Part shown: one piece after another, positions 39,373 through 50,768 of the stretch
Position numbering within the stretch: the first letter of the stretch is position 1
Layout: each line of letters opens with the position of its first letter
Assembly: GCF_036365525.1 (NCBI RefSeq)
Contig: NC_090404.1
Span: 4,278,001-4,342,000, forward strand
Direction: 5' to 3'
Length of the DNA: 64,000 nucleotides
DNA from: Heterodontus francisci
Lineage: Eukaryota
Notes under the pieces: generated by a model
Databases searched by the model: none
Told to the model about the DNA's origin: nothing
The model's input: the letters and a program-made list of their open reading frames with translations, nothing else
Translations under genes and position numbers: made by a program

Positions 39373-39583
39373 CTTCAAGAAAAACATGTTAGACATTTCG
39401 AGAAGAAATTAACAACTAATACAAACTGTTCTGATATTTTAACAGGTTATTTGCATCAAGCAGGCACTAACTGATGTTTCCAGGGGTCTGAACTGTGTAC
39501 AACCCTCTAAATGTGGAATAGCCAAAGTTCTACACAAGATCCTTCTAGCTTTTCTGTTTTTCCACAGTTTCCACAGCACTAAC

Positions 39584-39880
39584 CTGGAATTTCCTTGATC
39601 CAGAGTGACTCTCCGCGTCGAACCTCGCAGTAGATTTTGCTGCTTCCCACCTCTGACTCGGTGATGGTTAACTGGCTGCTCAGGGTGTAGGTTCCCTTCT
39701 TGTTCAGCACTGACGGGTAAGTCTTCAAACCAGTGGTGATCGGTTCTTCACCTTTCTTCCAGGAAACGCTGGTGATTTGGGGGATGTAGTCCATCGCCAA
39801 ACAGCCGTAGGCCATGGAGCCGTCGGTGTTGGGTTGTTCACAGGAGCACAGGCCGTAAAGGGTTGGGGGAGACGGTGTCG
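39584..39880 (-). CDS. IGHM: IgM Cmu1 exon ([21 protein letters not shown]...WIKEIP)
   Basis: 297-nt phase 1-1 exon with AG/GT boundaries; C1-set Cys/Trp/Cys; resembles shark Cmu1. Confidence 0.96.
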
Positions 39881-41329
39881 CTAGGAAAGAATGGCAAATT
39901 GAACAAGTTAGACTGTGATTCATGCTTATTAAATAACCAGACATCTCGCAATTCGACTCCAGCTGGAAACTGATTCCAATATTTTCCGATTAAAACCTTC
40001 ATCCACATTTGAGCTGCGATCAGTTACATCATTTGGTGATCATCACCTGTCGGTCCCCTGGTCAGGAACACACCTCTCTTTCAGGACCTGTCACATTACA
40101 AAAGTAAGAGCCTTTTGAAGTTATCTTAATAAGGTATTTTTCATTGGATTAAACTGAAAGAGGAGTTTCCCCGCTTTGTTCAGCCAATATTTATTTCTAA
40201 ATCAACAGCACTTGGTCAAAAAACACGCGGCATTTAGTTTTTGGAAATTTCTTCTCTGCAAATTGACTGCTGGGTTTCCCCGCACCTCCACCTCCTCCCA
40301 GCGCCCCTCCCCACCACCAGCAGACAACCCCGCCACCCCCAACTCCCACTCCCCCTCCACAAAAATAGCAACTACCCTGAAAAAGTGCCATTGGAATGCG
40401 TGCTTATAAAATGAACTTAATACTGTAAACTTGAATACCAGGCACATTCATTCCATTATTTTCCCATAAAAACTTACAAAACATCCGAGCATGCTTATGA
40501 CCCAGGGTGATAAATTAATAGACATGATAGCTGAGAAGAAGGCCATTCGGTCCATCAGGCCTGTGAAAGATGACCTTCCAATTTGTAATCTTTTCAAAAT
40601 TTCATTTTATCCAGCTATTTTAGATTCTATTTACAGCCCTCTTTCTGATAGGACATTCCAGATCCTAACAACCCCCTGTGTAGAAAAGTAGATTCATACC
40701 CTCTTCCTTCATTCTTTTGACGCTGATTTTAAATCAGTGCCCTCTGCAGACCAACTCACTGATCTGGGCAAATTGGTGTCTGAATTTCTGTATAAAAACA
40801 TTCATTATTCAAAACACCTCTACCAGACTTCATTTTAATCTTCTATGTTCCCATAATAATGAAGAACTTTTACAAGAAATAGTTGAAGTCTACTTTAAAA
40901 TATGGACTGAATCATTTAGTACACAGATTTCAGAGGGGAATTTTTACACAGCCTAGTTTCTGGAATTAAAGTTTTTAATGACTCGGCAATGACTCTAAGC
41001 TACCACTTTCCTTTTCAGTACTTGAAGATTGTGACTTCTGTTCCATATTATTCGACTGAATGGATTCTTTGGAGTTTGCTTCTCCCTCCAACTCAAATAA
41101 TAAACCGAATTAAATCCGATTCCAAAAAATCGGTCATTTGGACTGATGCGCTTTAAATGGTCCATTTAATTTTCCAAAGTATCTTCCCACCCCTCACCAG
41201 TGAGAACTGGTGTTGCTGACTGTGTCGTTACAGCCACATCTTCTTGCTGCTTGCACCGACTATAAGGTGAACATCAGGACAGGTTTCTTCTACAAATATC
41301 TGATATTGACATTACTTACACATTATAAA

Positions 41330-42640
41330 TCGAGTGAATATCAGTAGGTTCCAGGCAAGGAAGGACAAAAGTTCCTGAAGTGTTATTGCTGACATGGTCA
41401 ACTCACTTCTGATTTGTGTGGACAATTCAAACACCTGAGGCCCACCGGTCAGATATTGGAAGCTTGCTCACCAATATGATGTAAAAGAGGTTGCCGGTTA
41501 TGGTGGCGCAACAGTAGGACATATGGGCTTTCAAATGGCATTAGATAACATGTCACGTAAGAGAACATTCGGAAAATGGAAGCGCGTGGATTAAAGGGGT
41601 CTCAGTAACCTGTTCAGGTATAGGAAACAGAGAGTGACGGTGAACCAATGATTTTCTGACTGGAGAGAATTAAGCATTGTGATCCCCCTTGGGTCGGTCA
41701 TAGGGTCATTATTATTTTTGTTAAATATAATGACGTGGTATTGGGTATGGGGCGCAGAATTTCGAAGGTCAAAGATGACACAAAACAAATAGTGAGCAGG
41801 ATAGTATCAGAGTTCAGAAGGACATGGGCAGGTGAAATGTTCAGAGACAGAGCAAATGCAATTTAATGCGGTTAAATGTGAAGTGCTGGACCTTTTGAGG
41901 AACAATACGGAAAGTTAATGCAATCTAAATGGCCCTATATTGAAGGGGTAGAAATGTAGAGGGACCAGAGTTGCATTTTCACAATGTTTTTTTTCAAGGT
42001 GGTTAAGAAAGCGAATGGAATACTTGGTCTTGTAAAATGGAGTACGAATTACAAAAAACCAGGAAGTCATATTACAGTATTACTAATCACTAATTAGGCT
42101 GGAGTATTTTTGCACAATTCTGGCCATCACACTTTCGAAAGGATGTCAAGGCTTTGGGGGGATTGTAGAGGGAGTTTACCAGACTGATGCCAGGAATGAG
42201 GGAGTTCAGTTATATAGAGTTATTATACGATCCGAATTGTTCTCGTTAGGCGGTTACCGATTAGTTCTGTTCAAAATTATGGGATGTTTTGATATAGCAG
42301 ATAAGGAAAAATTATTTCCTCTGAAAAGTGGGTCAGTAACAAAATAATTAATTGTCAAAAAAGATCGTGGGCGGGTGTTGGCTGCGGAAAAAGGTTTCTT
42401 TCCTGACAGAGGGTGCTTTTCACAGAAGCAGAGAACGATTACACCACAAAAGGAGGCCATTCAGCCCGTCGTGCCTGTGCAGGTTCTCTGCAGGCGCAAA
42501 CGGACATATCCTCGAAGGACATTAATTTGCGTGGTTATGAGGGAAAAACTGGCTTGGAAGATTAAATTGGAGAGCGCTTTGAGAGCTAACACAGGCATGA
42601 CGGGCTGCATGGCCACATTCTCTGCGAGAACTTTCTATCA
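41330..42640 (+). mobile_element. Old degraded CR1 fragment in the J-C intron
   Basis: Recognisable at the DNA level (GATGACACAAAA, GCACAATTCTGGCCATCACACTTT). Confidence 0.7.
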
Positions 42641-43349
42641 TTCTACCCGACTCAGTAGTATTAGTTATCCCCAATTTAATGGGATGAAAAGCTTCATAAA
42701 TTTTAACATCTCTGTGACATATATTTTGTTGCTTTTTATAATGAAAGAGAGTTTTTAAAATAAGAGGTTCTGAGCGATTTTATTCAAATGAGTCAATCAG
42801 ATACTGTCAGAGACTTAAAGCATATTGTGATTGACATTGATTGCAGGCTAATGATATCACTTCAAAAATTTCACAAGAGCTTACTTCAGTGGCTGTGTGC
42901 CCTCTGCTGTGACACAATCCAATGATTGCATCTCAGCAGAGTTTATCACTGACTGTGACCTTTTGAAAATACTTGAACTAAATAATGATTTCAAACATGA
43001 GAATATCTTGATGGTTATTCAGAGTGGGAGTCTCGACTATCTCCATTTAAAGCACCAAAATAACTTCCAGTCTCCCATCAGATCAGAACAGGCGTTGGTC
43101 TCTGGAGCGTTGCAATCACTTCCTGAAACTGTTTGTTCTGAAAGTGCACTCAAAATCAGGCCAATCTCATTCAATAATTATCTATATGTTTAAATATTAT
43201 TAATTCATTAAAATTTGGCCAAGAATTATTATTAAAATCAATTCATGTGCGTTGTTTCATCTGGACAATTGAATAATTTATATTCATATATCTGGGTCGA
43301 GGACTCACAGCTTATGAGTTTGATGCACATTGAGATTCCTTGAACACTG

Positions 43350-43740
43350 TGGGGAAAACATTCCCAGATCAGGTACAGGACAGTTAAGCTGCAAAGTAAA
43401 GATCCCTCTATACGGCCCTATCATGAGTTGTAATCTCAGACATCGCAAGTGTTATATTCCGTAGAAAGCCGCCTCTACACTGCACTGTCACTCTGGGTCA
43501 GGTACACCATCTGTTTAATATAAAATAAAAATTCCCTCTACGCTGTCCCATCAAATATATCCAGGACAGGTTCAATCCAGTTTAGATACTGAGTAATTCC
43601 TCCCTCTACGCTGTCCCCATCAAGTAGTCCCAGGACAGTTACAATATAGATTAAATATACAGTAAAACTTCCTCCACATTGCCGAATCAATCACTCCCAA
43701 TGGAGGTACATTACTGATTACAAACTGACGAAATCTCCTT
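43350..43740 (+). repeat. Degenerate tandem repeat of about 70 bp (TCCCTCTACGCTGTCCCATCAA...CCAGGACAGG...TTAGATAC)
   Basis: About five diverged units visible. Confidence 0.75.
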
Positions 43741-46700
43741 CGACAGTCCGTCTGTTGTGTCTCTGAACTGTTATTTCTGACTGCCACAGACTGGAATTAT
43801 GATCTCATTGCTGAGGCGCCTCATCAAACTTAAAGTCAAACTTTTAGGTTTCTCGGGGGTACAAGTTTCTTAATTAAATGGATCAAGTTGCACTCCTTGA
43901 AATGAAACGAACCAGTCTGTTTGCAACCTGCAGGGAGGATTCCTCGTCCTGACACAGTGAGCAGGCGCACAGAAACAGAACAGACACAAACGGTGCAACA
44001 ATCGGGCTCTCAGCAGTTAGATCTGTTCAATTGTCAATTTCAATGAAGCTGTTTGATTCTAGTTCATCAATTGTCAAATTGTGACCACTCCAAATCTGTA
44101 TACTCTTTGAAATTAAACTGATATTCATTTCAAAAACTCCCTTCGACCTCCAAATGTTTCTCCCTGTCTGTTTACAATCTTAAAAGCATGTTAGAAAGTT
44201 TCGCTTAAAATGAGTGCATCAGAAGAATACACATTCAGGAAAATTAGATGTCCATAACCAGAACTCAGTGACAGAGTGAGAATTTAGAAAATCAGGAGAT
44301 ATGTATCTTGCAAACTGATTACCCACTGATTTGACACAATTTCATAATTCAATTTTACAAAAAAAGTTAGTTGAACCACTGCTCAAAGTTAATTCATTAA
44401 AATCTGCGGTGATACTTGATTGAGCTGAGAACAGCTGAGTAAGAAATATATTGTTCTCTAAGTTATTGCCAGACATAATGAATTAAACTCTCCGATTCTT
44501 GAGACTTTGCACTCATTGGAATCCTGGCAAGTATGCTATTGAATTGTGGGAGGTCATTTATGTTTAGTGAATTAGCACTATTATATTCTAAGCTAATATT
44601 CATGTTAGCTGATTTTATACTGCATTTATCATTTATAAATAAATAAAAATAAATAAATTAGTTAATATTACTTCAAGACCAGTTTCTGCCTGGCACCTTG
44701 TGAATTAATGGAGTTTTAATTAAGTCATTATGACACTTTATCAGTATTAAATAATCAACGTCATATTAATAGATGAAAACCTTCAGACAAATATATTACA
44801 TCATGCTGAAATCGAATCACAGTGCAATAATTTAAAATGAACAATAACTTCTCGTCCCGCCCTGCTTTCTCTCTACAAACTTGTAAACTGCGCAGGTATC
44901 TGAATGCGTTGATATATTATAAGCTCCTTCCATTCTCAGCGAGTATTTCACACAATGGATTCAGCCTGGCCGGGGTCACATGTCACTAACTGGGCTGCAA
45001 CATAGCCTGTTTGTGAAAGCAGCTCTCCCGTGTTTAAATATCGTTATAAATCTTAACTATATGAGATAAAATATCAAAAACATCCTGGCACTTTGCGATC
45101 AGTAACTGTGCAGCCATTATTTAATCACACGATGTTTTTAGATTTTACTCCCGTAATTCACAAATTAATTGCTAAATATATTTTGATTTTTATTGAAAGA
45201 AGTTCCAAAATGATCACTGCAAAACTGGACAAAAACAACTCTTTCAGATCATCTGTGACATTGAAACCTAATGAGCAAATGTAGCCGAGATTTGGCGGAT
45301 CAATTTAATATTTATTAAGAATTAAGCATAACTCTCAGGTATAATCTGTTCTTTGTCTATCATTCCATCCTGCGTGCAGCACAACTATGGGAGACAGGAT
45401 GTTGTTACTGAATTCAAAACTAACATTAAACTTTTGTAGTTAATTGAATCTGCTTGAATTTCCAGGTGTTATTTGTTTGTCTTTAGCCTTACGCAGTCTG
45501 CAAGTTTCTTCAATTTAAATAAAATCATATGCACAATTCTTTGACTGCCATTGACCTCTTGTCCCAGGAAAATGGTTAATATTAGATTAGTGATAATTAT
45601 CTCACTGTCCAACAACAAGTGACATTGAAGAAAGAACATGGAAGAACATGAACGCAAAGAATGTAATAACCGGACAGATATATTACACTGACAAACTGCA
45701 ATTTACAACGCCTATTTAAGTTGTAAGTAAATACAAGCTGACATTCACCTGTTTTAATCAGGAATATCACAATTAATTTAAAAGCGCTCATTAACCTGAA
45801 AACAGCACTGGAATAAGTACACTCTTATTGAAATAATTTCAAGCACAATTAAAAATAGTCTCCAGTCATAAAGTTTTCCGGTCACGACAATTGTGCGCTT
45901 GGCACGCCAGAACTGTAAAAGACGATTCATGAATAATGAATCGATCTTAATATGAAAGCATATTTGGTTTATATGAGGACATATTGCCGCATTACAATTG
46001 TTTGAATTGTATTAATTTTACTCTCCAATCTGCAAACCTGCTACTTATTAAGTTTGTAATTGCAGTAACATTTCACGGATTGAAGGAGCATTACAAACCA
46101 TGGCTTAACAGTTCAATCTGCAATTATCATTTAAATTTTTTTAAATGCCTTGAAATATCTTTTTTTTAATTTCTGAAATCTGCCTGTTATCCGGCTTTCG
46201 AATCGTCTTTGAAGCAGTTTCAAACAAATAGAATGTATCCATTTGATCAGAAAACCTGCAGCCGCTCGATGTCACCCGGGTTAAACAAAGCAGAAACGCC
46301 AAATAGTTTTACAAATTTTACTTTGTAACACAGAGACACACTCTCCTCAGCAGATAAGCTCCAACTCACATCACTGAGGGGCTGAATCCCGCCTCAGTAC
46401 GTTTCAAGGCGAAGCAGCTTAACTCCACAATCACTTTCAGTAGAATCAAATGTAACATCCCAAAAAAAAATCTCAATACAGAATCCACCGAGCCTGCCTG
46501 TCTCTGAATTACCAAATATATAAAATAATGGCAGCAGATTTGTTAGTACAGAGAGCATGTTTAATAAATTAATATTGATTCTGTAGCATATTTCATTGAT
46601 ATTGCCTGATATCACTGCATTATTAAAAGTGAGGTTATGTTAATGTAAATCTGGCCAAAGCTGCAAATTTGTTATTTATGTAATTCTTAATTACATCAAA

Positions 46701-47214
46701 ATTTATTGTATTACATATGAGCATTCGTAAGCAGTAGATTGATAGATAGCAATTTAATTACCACAAATAAAAATAGATCAAAATATCAGAAGGCTATTTT
46801 TGACCACTGAAGCTTTCTGCATAATTTTATTTCAAACATATTTAAAGACTTATTGTTTCTATTAGATCAGAAAACCTGCAGCAACTAGATGTCACCCAGA
46901 TTAAACATTGCAGAAACGTCAAACGGTTTAACAACCGTTTGGTATTTAAAGTAGCCCAAACACTCAGTCCCATCAACAAATAAACAACAAATCACATCAA
47001 TCTGGAGCTAAATCCTTCAACAGCACCGTGTGTAAAGAAACCATTAAGTTCTTTAATCCCTTGGCAGCAGAATCACATAAAACATTGCAACAAATTCGCA
47101 ATATAGAATCCACCAAATCCACTTTTCAGTGAACGAATGTATCATTACAAAAAACAGAAATATAAAATTAAAAACACAAATAAAACAGTTAATGAATAAA
47201 TGTATGTTTCTTAC

Positions 47215-47262
47215 CTGCAGTCACCGTCACCATGGTCCCTTGGCCCCAGTAGTCAAGATAGT
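47215..47262 (-). CDS. IGHJ: IgH J segment (YLDYWGQGTMVTVTA)
   Basis: WGxG motif, GTAAG donor at 47214, upstream 23-RSS. Confidence 0.96.
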
Positions 47263-47301
47263 CACAGTGTTACATTCCCTGGGCTGGGTCACACAATAAC
47301 C
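47263..47301 (-). promoter_or_regulatory. JH 23-RSS (plus strand CACAGTG-23-ACAATAACC)
   Basis: Consensus heptamer abutting J; 23-nt spacer counted. Confidence 0.92.
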
Positions 47302-47627
47302 GGCTCTGCACAGAATAATGAGAAATCCATTATTATTTTAAATATCCACACTCCAGAGGCAAAATAAAATCTTGATGGTTCTTTGTAAATTTATAACTGC
47401 GTTAATAATTCTTTTCACTCTTTATAAATTTCCCTGATGTTTTATATTTCACACAGTAACATATCAGCAATTATTGAAATCACCAACTGATGAATGAGTA
47501 ATTAATCAGTTTATCCATAATAAACCGTGCTAGGAGGACAGTGCTGGACACAAATAGTACTTCACTGTATATATAGTTGGATTGTCAAAGCGAGCACTGA
47601 CCCATACTCATCAATTAGTGCTGAGGG

Positions 47628-47696
47628 AGTTTTTGTATTGACAGTAACTGCTGTGCCACCCAGTATATCACAGTGAGACAGACCGTGTCAAATACT
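47628..47696 (-). other. IGHD: IgH D2 segment ATATACTGGGTGG (47656-47668) with 12/12 RSSs
   Basis: Plus strand reads AGTTTTTGT-12-TGCTGTG-[D]-CACAGTG-12-TCAAATACT. Confidence 0.92.
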
Positions 47697-48008
47697 GCGG
47701 TGGACTGTTAACTGTAAAATACAGAGATTACATTTCACAGCGCTCTCAAAAACATGATTGCGATCCCCCTAAGAGTACATCAGTGAGATAATTCAGTTTA
47801 TACCTGTCATTATATTTATAAAGGAGATTGGAATATTTCTGAATCATCTGTGCTGATTCAGCGTGACAGTCAACATTAATAAAGCAGGAGACTTTTATAC
47901 AATTTTACAAATCTATATTGCATGTCCCCAATTTTTTATTTAATCCTCATTGTTTACGGACCATCCGCCATGTTAGTGATCGCTGGTTTGAGCAAACTCC
48001 CTGTCTGG

Positions 48009-48089
48009 GGTTTTTGTATGAAGAACTCGCTCTGTGCAGCACCGTGACCCACTGCCATACCCACAGTGACACTAACCTGCACAAATACT
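48009..48089 (-). other. IGHD: IgH D1 segment GGTATGGCAGTGGGT (48047-48061) with 5' 12-RSS and 3' 22-spacer RSS
   Basis: Plus strand reads GGTTTTTGT-22-CACCGTG-[D]-CACAGTG-12-ACAAATACT, the known shark D1 12/22 layout. Confidence 0.93.
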
Positions 48090-48472
48090 GCACTCACTCT
48101 CTGTTCAGTACTGCCTCCCAATATTCACTTCAAATAGAAATTCACTTCTGATCTAATTCAGAATATATCCAAAAGTTTACACCATGCAGTAGTAATTGAA
48201 CCAAGTAACTCCCTCCAGGTCTCAGTCACATTAAAACCAGCATCTTATCCAGATCTGCAATTGCTGACACTGTTAACATTAAAAATCAGCACAGACAAAA
48301 TTACTCATCAGTACTTCGGTTCGTGTCTTAGATTTGTACCATTGAATTTTCACTGTGCAAGTTCTGTGAGAGACGGTCTATGGCCTGGTTCTGAACACTG
48401 CCATTAATATTGTATTTAATAAAATTACTGACGGTCAGTTTATGATGGAAGTTATCGAATTCTCTCTCCATA

Positions 48473-48511
48473 TGTTCTTGTACATGTCCAGCCCTGGTTC
48501 CTCTCATTGTG
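48473..48511 (-). promoter_or_regulatory. VH 23-RSS (CACAATG-23-ACAAGAACA)
   Basis: Heptamer directly follows CARD; 23-nt spacer counted; nonamer-like ACAAGAACA. Confidence 0.9.
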
Positions 48512-48816
48512 ATCTCTTGCACAGTAATAGATGGCGGTGTCTTCAGTCTTCAGGCTTTTCATGTCCAAAGCGAAGATGTTGTTTGAAGTGTCTTTGGACG
48601 CAGTAAATCGATCTTTAATCCCTGGGGCGTAGTAGTTGCTGGATGAACTATAGTAGCTAACCAGCCACTCCAGCCCCTGTCCGGGAACCTGCCGGACCCA
48701 GCTCATCCAAGTGCTGCCAAGAGTGAAGCCGCTGGTTTTACAGGTCAGTCTCAGGGAGCCTCCGGGTTTCCCGGTCTCTGCCTCTGGCTGAGTCAACACG
48801 ATATCCGAATGGACAC
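48512..48816 (-). CDS. IGHV: IgM VH exon, open ([25 protein letters not shown]...[12 protein letters not shown]...[10 protein letters not shown])
   Basis: AG acceptor at 48818-48817; canonical Cys23, Trp41 and YYC motifs; no stop codons. Confidence 0.97.
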
Positions 48817-48943
48817 CTGTAAAAAATATCAAAAACCCCGAGGATTAATCCTGGTGAAATGATTCCTGACTCTGTAACATTTCAGAGAGAGACGAACACT
48901 GATACAGTAACAGCGAGAGACTTGGACAATAAAAACTACTCAC

Positions 48944-48989
48944 GGGATAAGAAAACCAGCAACAGACTGAGAGAAATCGCCGACCTCAT
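48944..48989 (-). CDS. IGHV: IgH leader exon (MRSAISLSLLLVFLS, phase 1)
   Basis: ATG at 48989, 46-nt hydrophobic exon, GTGAGT donor at 48943-48938; splices in frame to the V exon. Confidence 0.95.
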
Positions 48990-49080
48990 CCTTCTGGCAA
49001 TTCGGGGAAAATGGTTCTGGTAAGAACTCACTGAGCAAACCGGCTCCCACACTGTTGTGTTGCGGTCCCAGTGACTGGCA

Positions 49081-49150
49081 TTTAAATACCCGGCAGAAGG
49101 GGGCGAGGTTATAGGCGCCGCCTATTGACTCCCTGATAGAGGCTGTTACT
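49081..49150 (-). promoter_or_regulatory. VH promoter: TATTTAAA box and GC-rich element, no Ig octamer
   Basis: TATTTAAA (49088-49081) lies about 92 nt upstream of the ATG; no ATGCAAAT nearby. Confidence 0.65.
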
Positions 49151-50768
49151 GGATCCACGTCCCACCTTCCACATCATCAACAGAATGGACTCATATCATT
49201 ACACTGAGTTATTATTAAATGTGAACTTTTTATCGGTATCCAGGGATAGTCAGTTGGCTGTGTGGTTTCAATGCAATGTGTTACTCGGTACTAAATGGAA
49301 CTGCTGCAGTGAAGAATGTGTCAATAATAAACAATTGCATTGTGCACTGTGAATTAAATCCCTTTATTTCCTCAACTCATCACAGGGGATGTGAATCGTT
49401 AAGATTAAATTCCGTTACCAAGGTCAAACGTTACTGACAGTATGTATCAATTCATCTCCCGTTATCTATCCCTTCGATCTATACCAGTGAAGTATCCCCA
49501 ATAATTTGAATTGTTAACAATATGCAATTAAATGCGGGACATATGTAAAGTGATTTTATTTTCAATTTGAATAGCTGTAGTTCTACGATTTACAATCAGA
49601 ATGAATAGAAACTCCTCGTATTATACAAGTCTCTCTCTCTCTCTGCATTTCTCGAGCTGCTCCTTACTATGACTCGACGCCAGTCCTTTAAAAATTACCG
49701 AATACAGAAGTCCGCTTTCCTTGATACGTAAAATTCATATCAGCTTTTGAAAAAGAGAATCTAGTGAATCAGAATCAATACGGTAATCAGGAAATCGATC
49801 CCTGATACCCAGATCATTGCAGCTAACATTAATAACAACAGACTGTTTAACACGCACTGGTATCAGGAACACAGTATATCAGGACTTAAAGCTATGCGAC
49901 AAAATATCACAAAAAGAAACGCTTTATTTGTTGTGGAAACGGATCACAAACTGGGCATTTCTCTGACCACTGATATCTCCACTGAGAGGGATGGATATGC
50001 AATCCAAATTATGAGACATTAAACTGTCCGCAGCTGTTATCAGTAATGAAAGAGTCTTTATAGTTTGAATGTGATACACAACTCTGTGAGAAAATTCAAG
50101 GAAATGCAGCGGGTTCTGGGCAATTCCACCTATTTCTTTATTTAGTTTACGATTCCCAGTTTTCTATTTCCGATGTGGGTGTGGGGGTCATTAAAATCTG
50201 TCTCTAGAACTTCATGCAGTAGAAATAAATGGTCTTAATGATTCAGAATAATATTTAATTGTCACGTGTCAATTTATTATTTTGCGCTCCCAGTTTATAA
50301 TGATATGAGCAGTGAGTTTACCGAAAATCATTCTTTAGACGTGATACCGTGAAATGATTTATTTTTTGTAAGAGCGCTGCTGAATAGTTAATATTTAAAT
50401 GGTTAAATGCCATCTTTGTCCATTCATATTCACACTAATCTGCCCCACACAGTATTTGGCACCAACCCAGCCGACTGCCATCAGGGAGACTCAAACAGCA
50501 ATGTCATTTACAGGAAGCATCTGGGGTTCTGTGCAGTAAATCAAAGAACTGTTTCCTCGTTACTGACCGCTTGGCTACAAACCAACTTCAAACCCTTACC
50601 ATTGTCAATGAGGCCTATTCATAAACAAATCTGCCCAGCAACAATACTGGAGTTAATTTTATTTTTTTCAGTTGCTTACCCAGGTGAACTGTTCCCATCT
50701 CTCAGCAAAGGAAATATATCCACTTTCTGAGACACCCTTTTAGGACCAACAGTCTGAGGAACTGTGCA

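Noticed and set aside
39449-39456. Perfect octamer ATTTGCAT in the Cmu1-Cmu2 intron
   Set aside because: A single 8-mer is expected by chance in 64 kb of AT-rich DNA; no clustered motifs.
43350-43740. Tandem repeat in the J-C intron as a switch region
   Set aside because: Short, not AGCT- or G-rich, and the same family occurs outside the gene at 32.5 kb.
43950-44850. CACAGTG heptamers in the J-C intron (about 43953 and 44818)
   Set aside because: No nonamer at 12 or 23 spacing and no adjacent J- or D-like sequence.
47520-47570. Possible third D segment or RSS between D2 and J
   Set aside because: The heptamer-like words lack CAC and the spacers do not fit 12 or 23.
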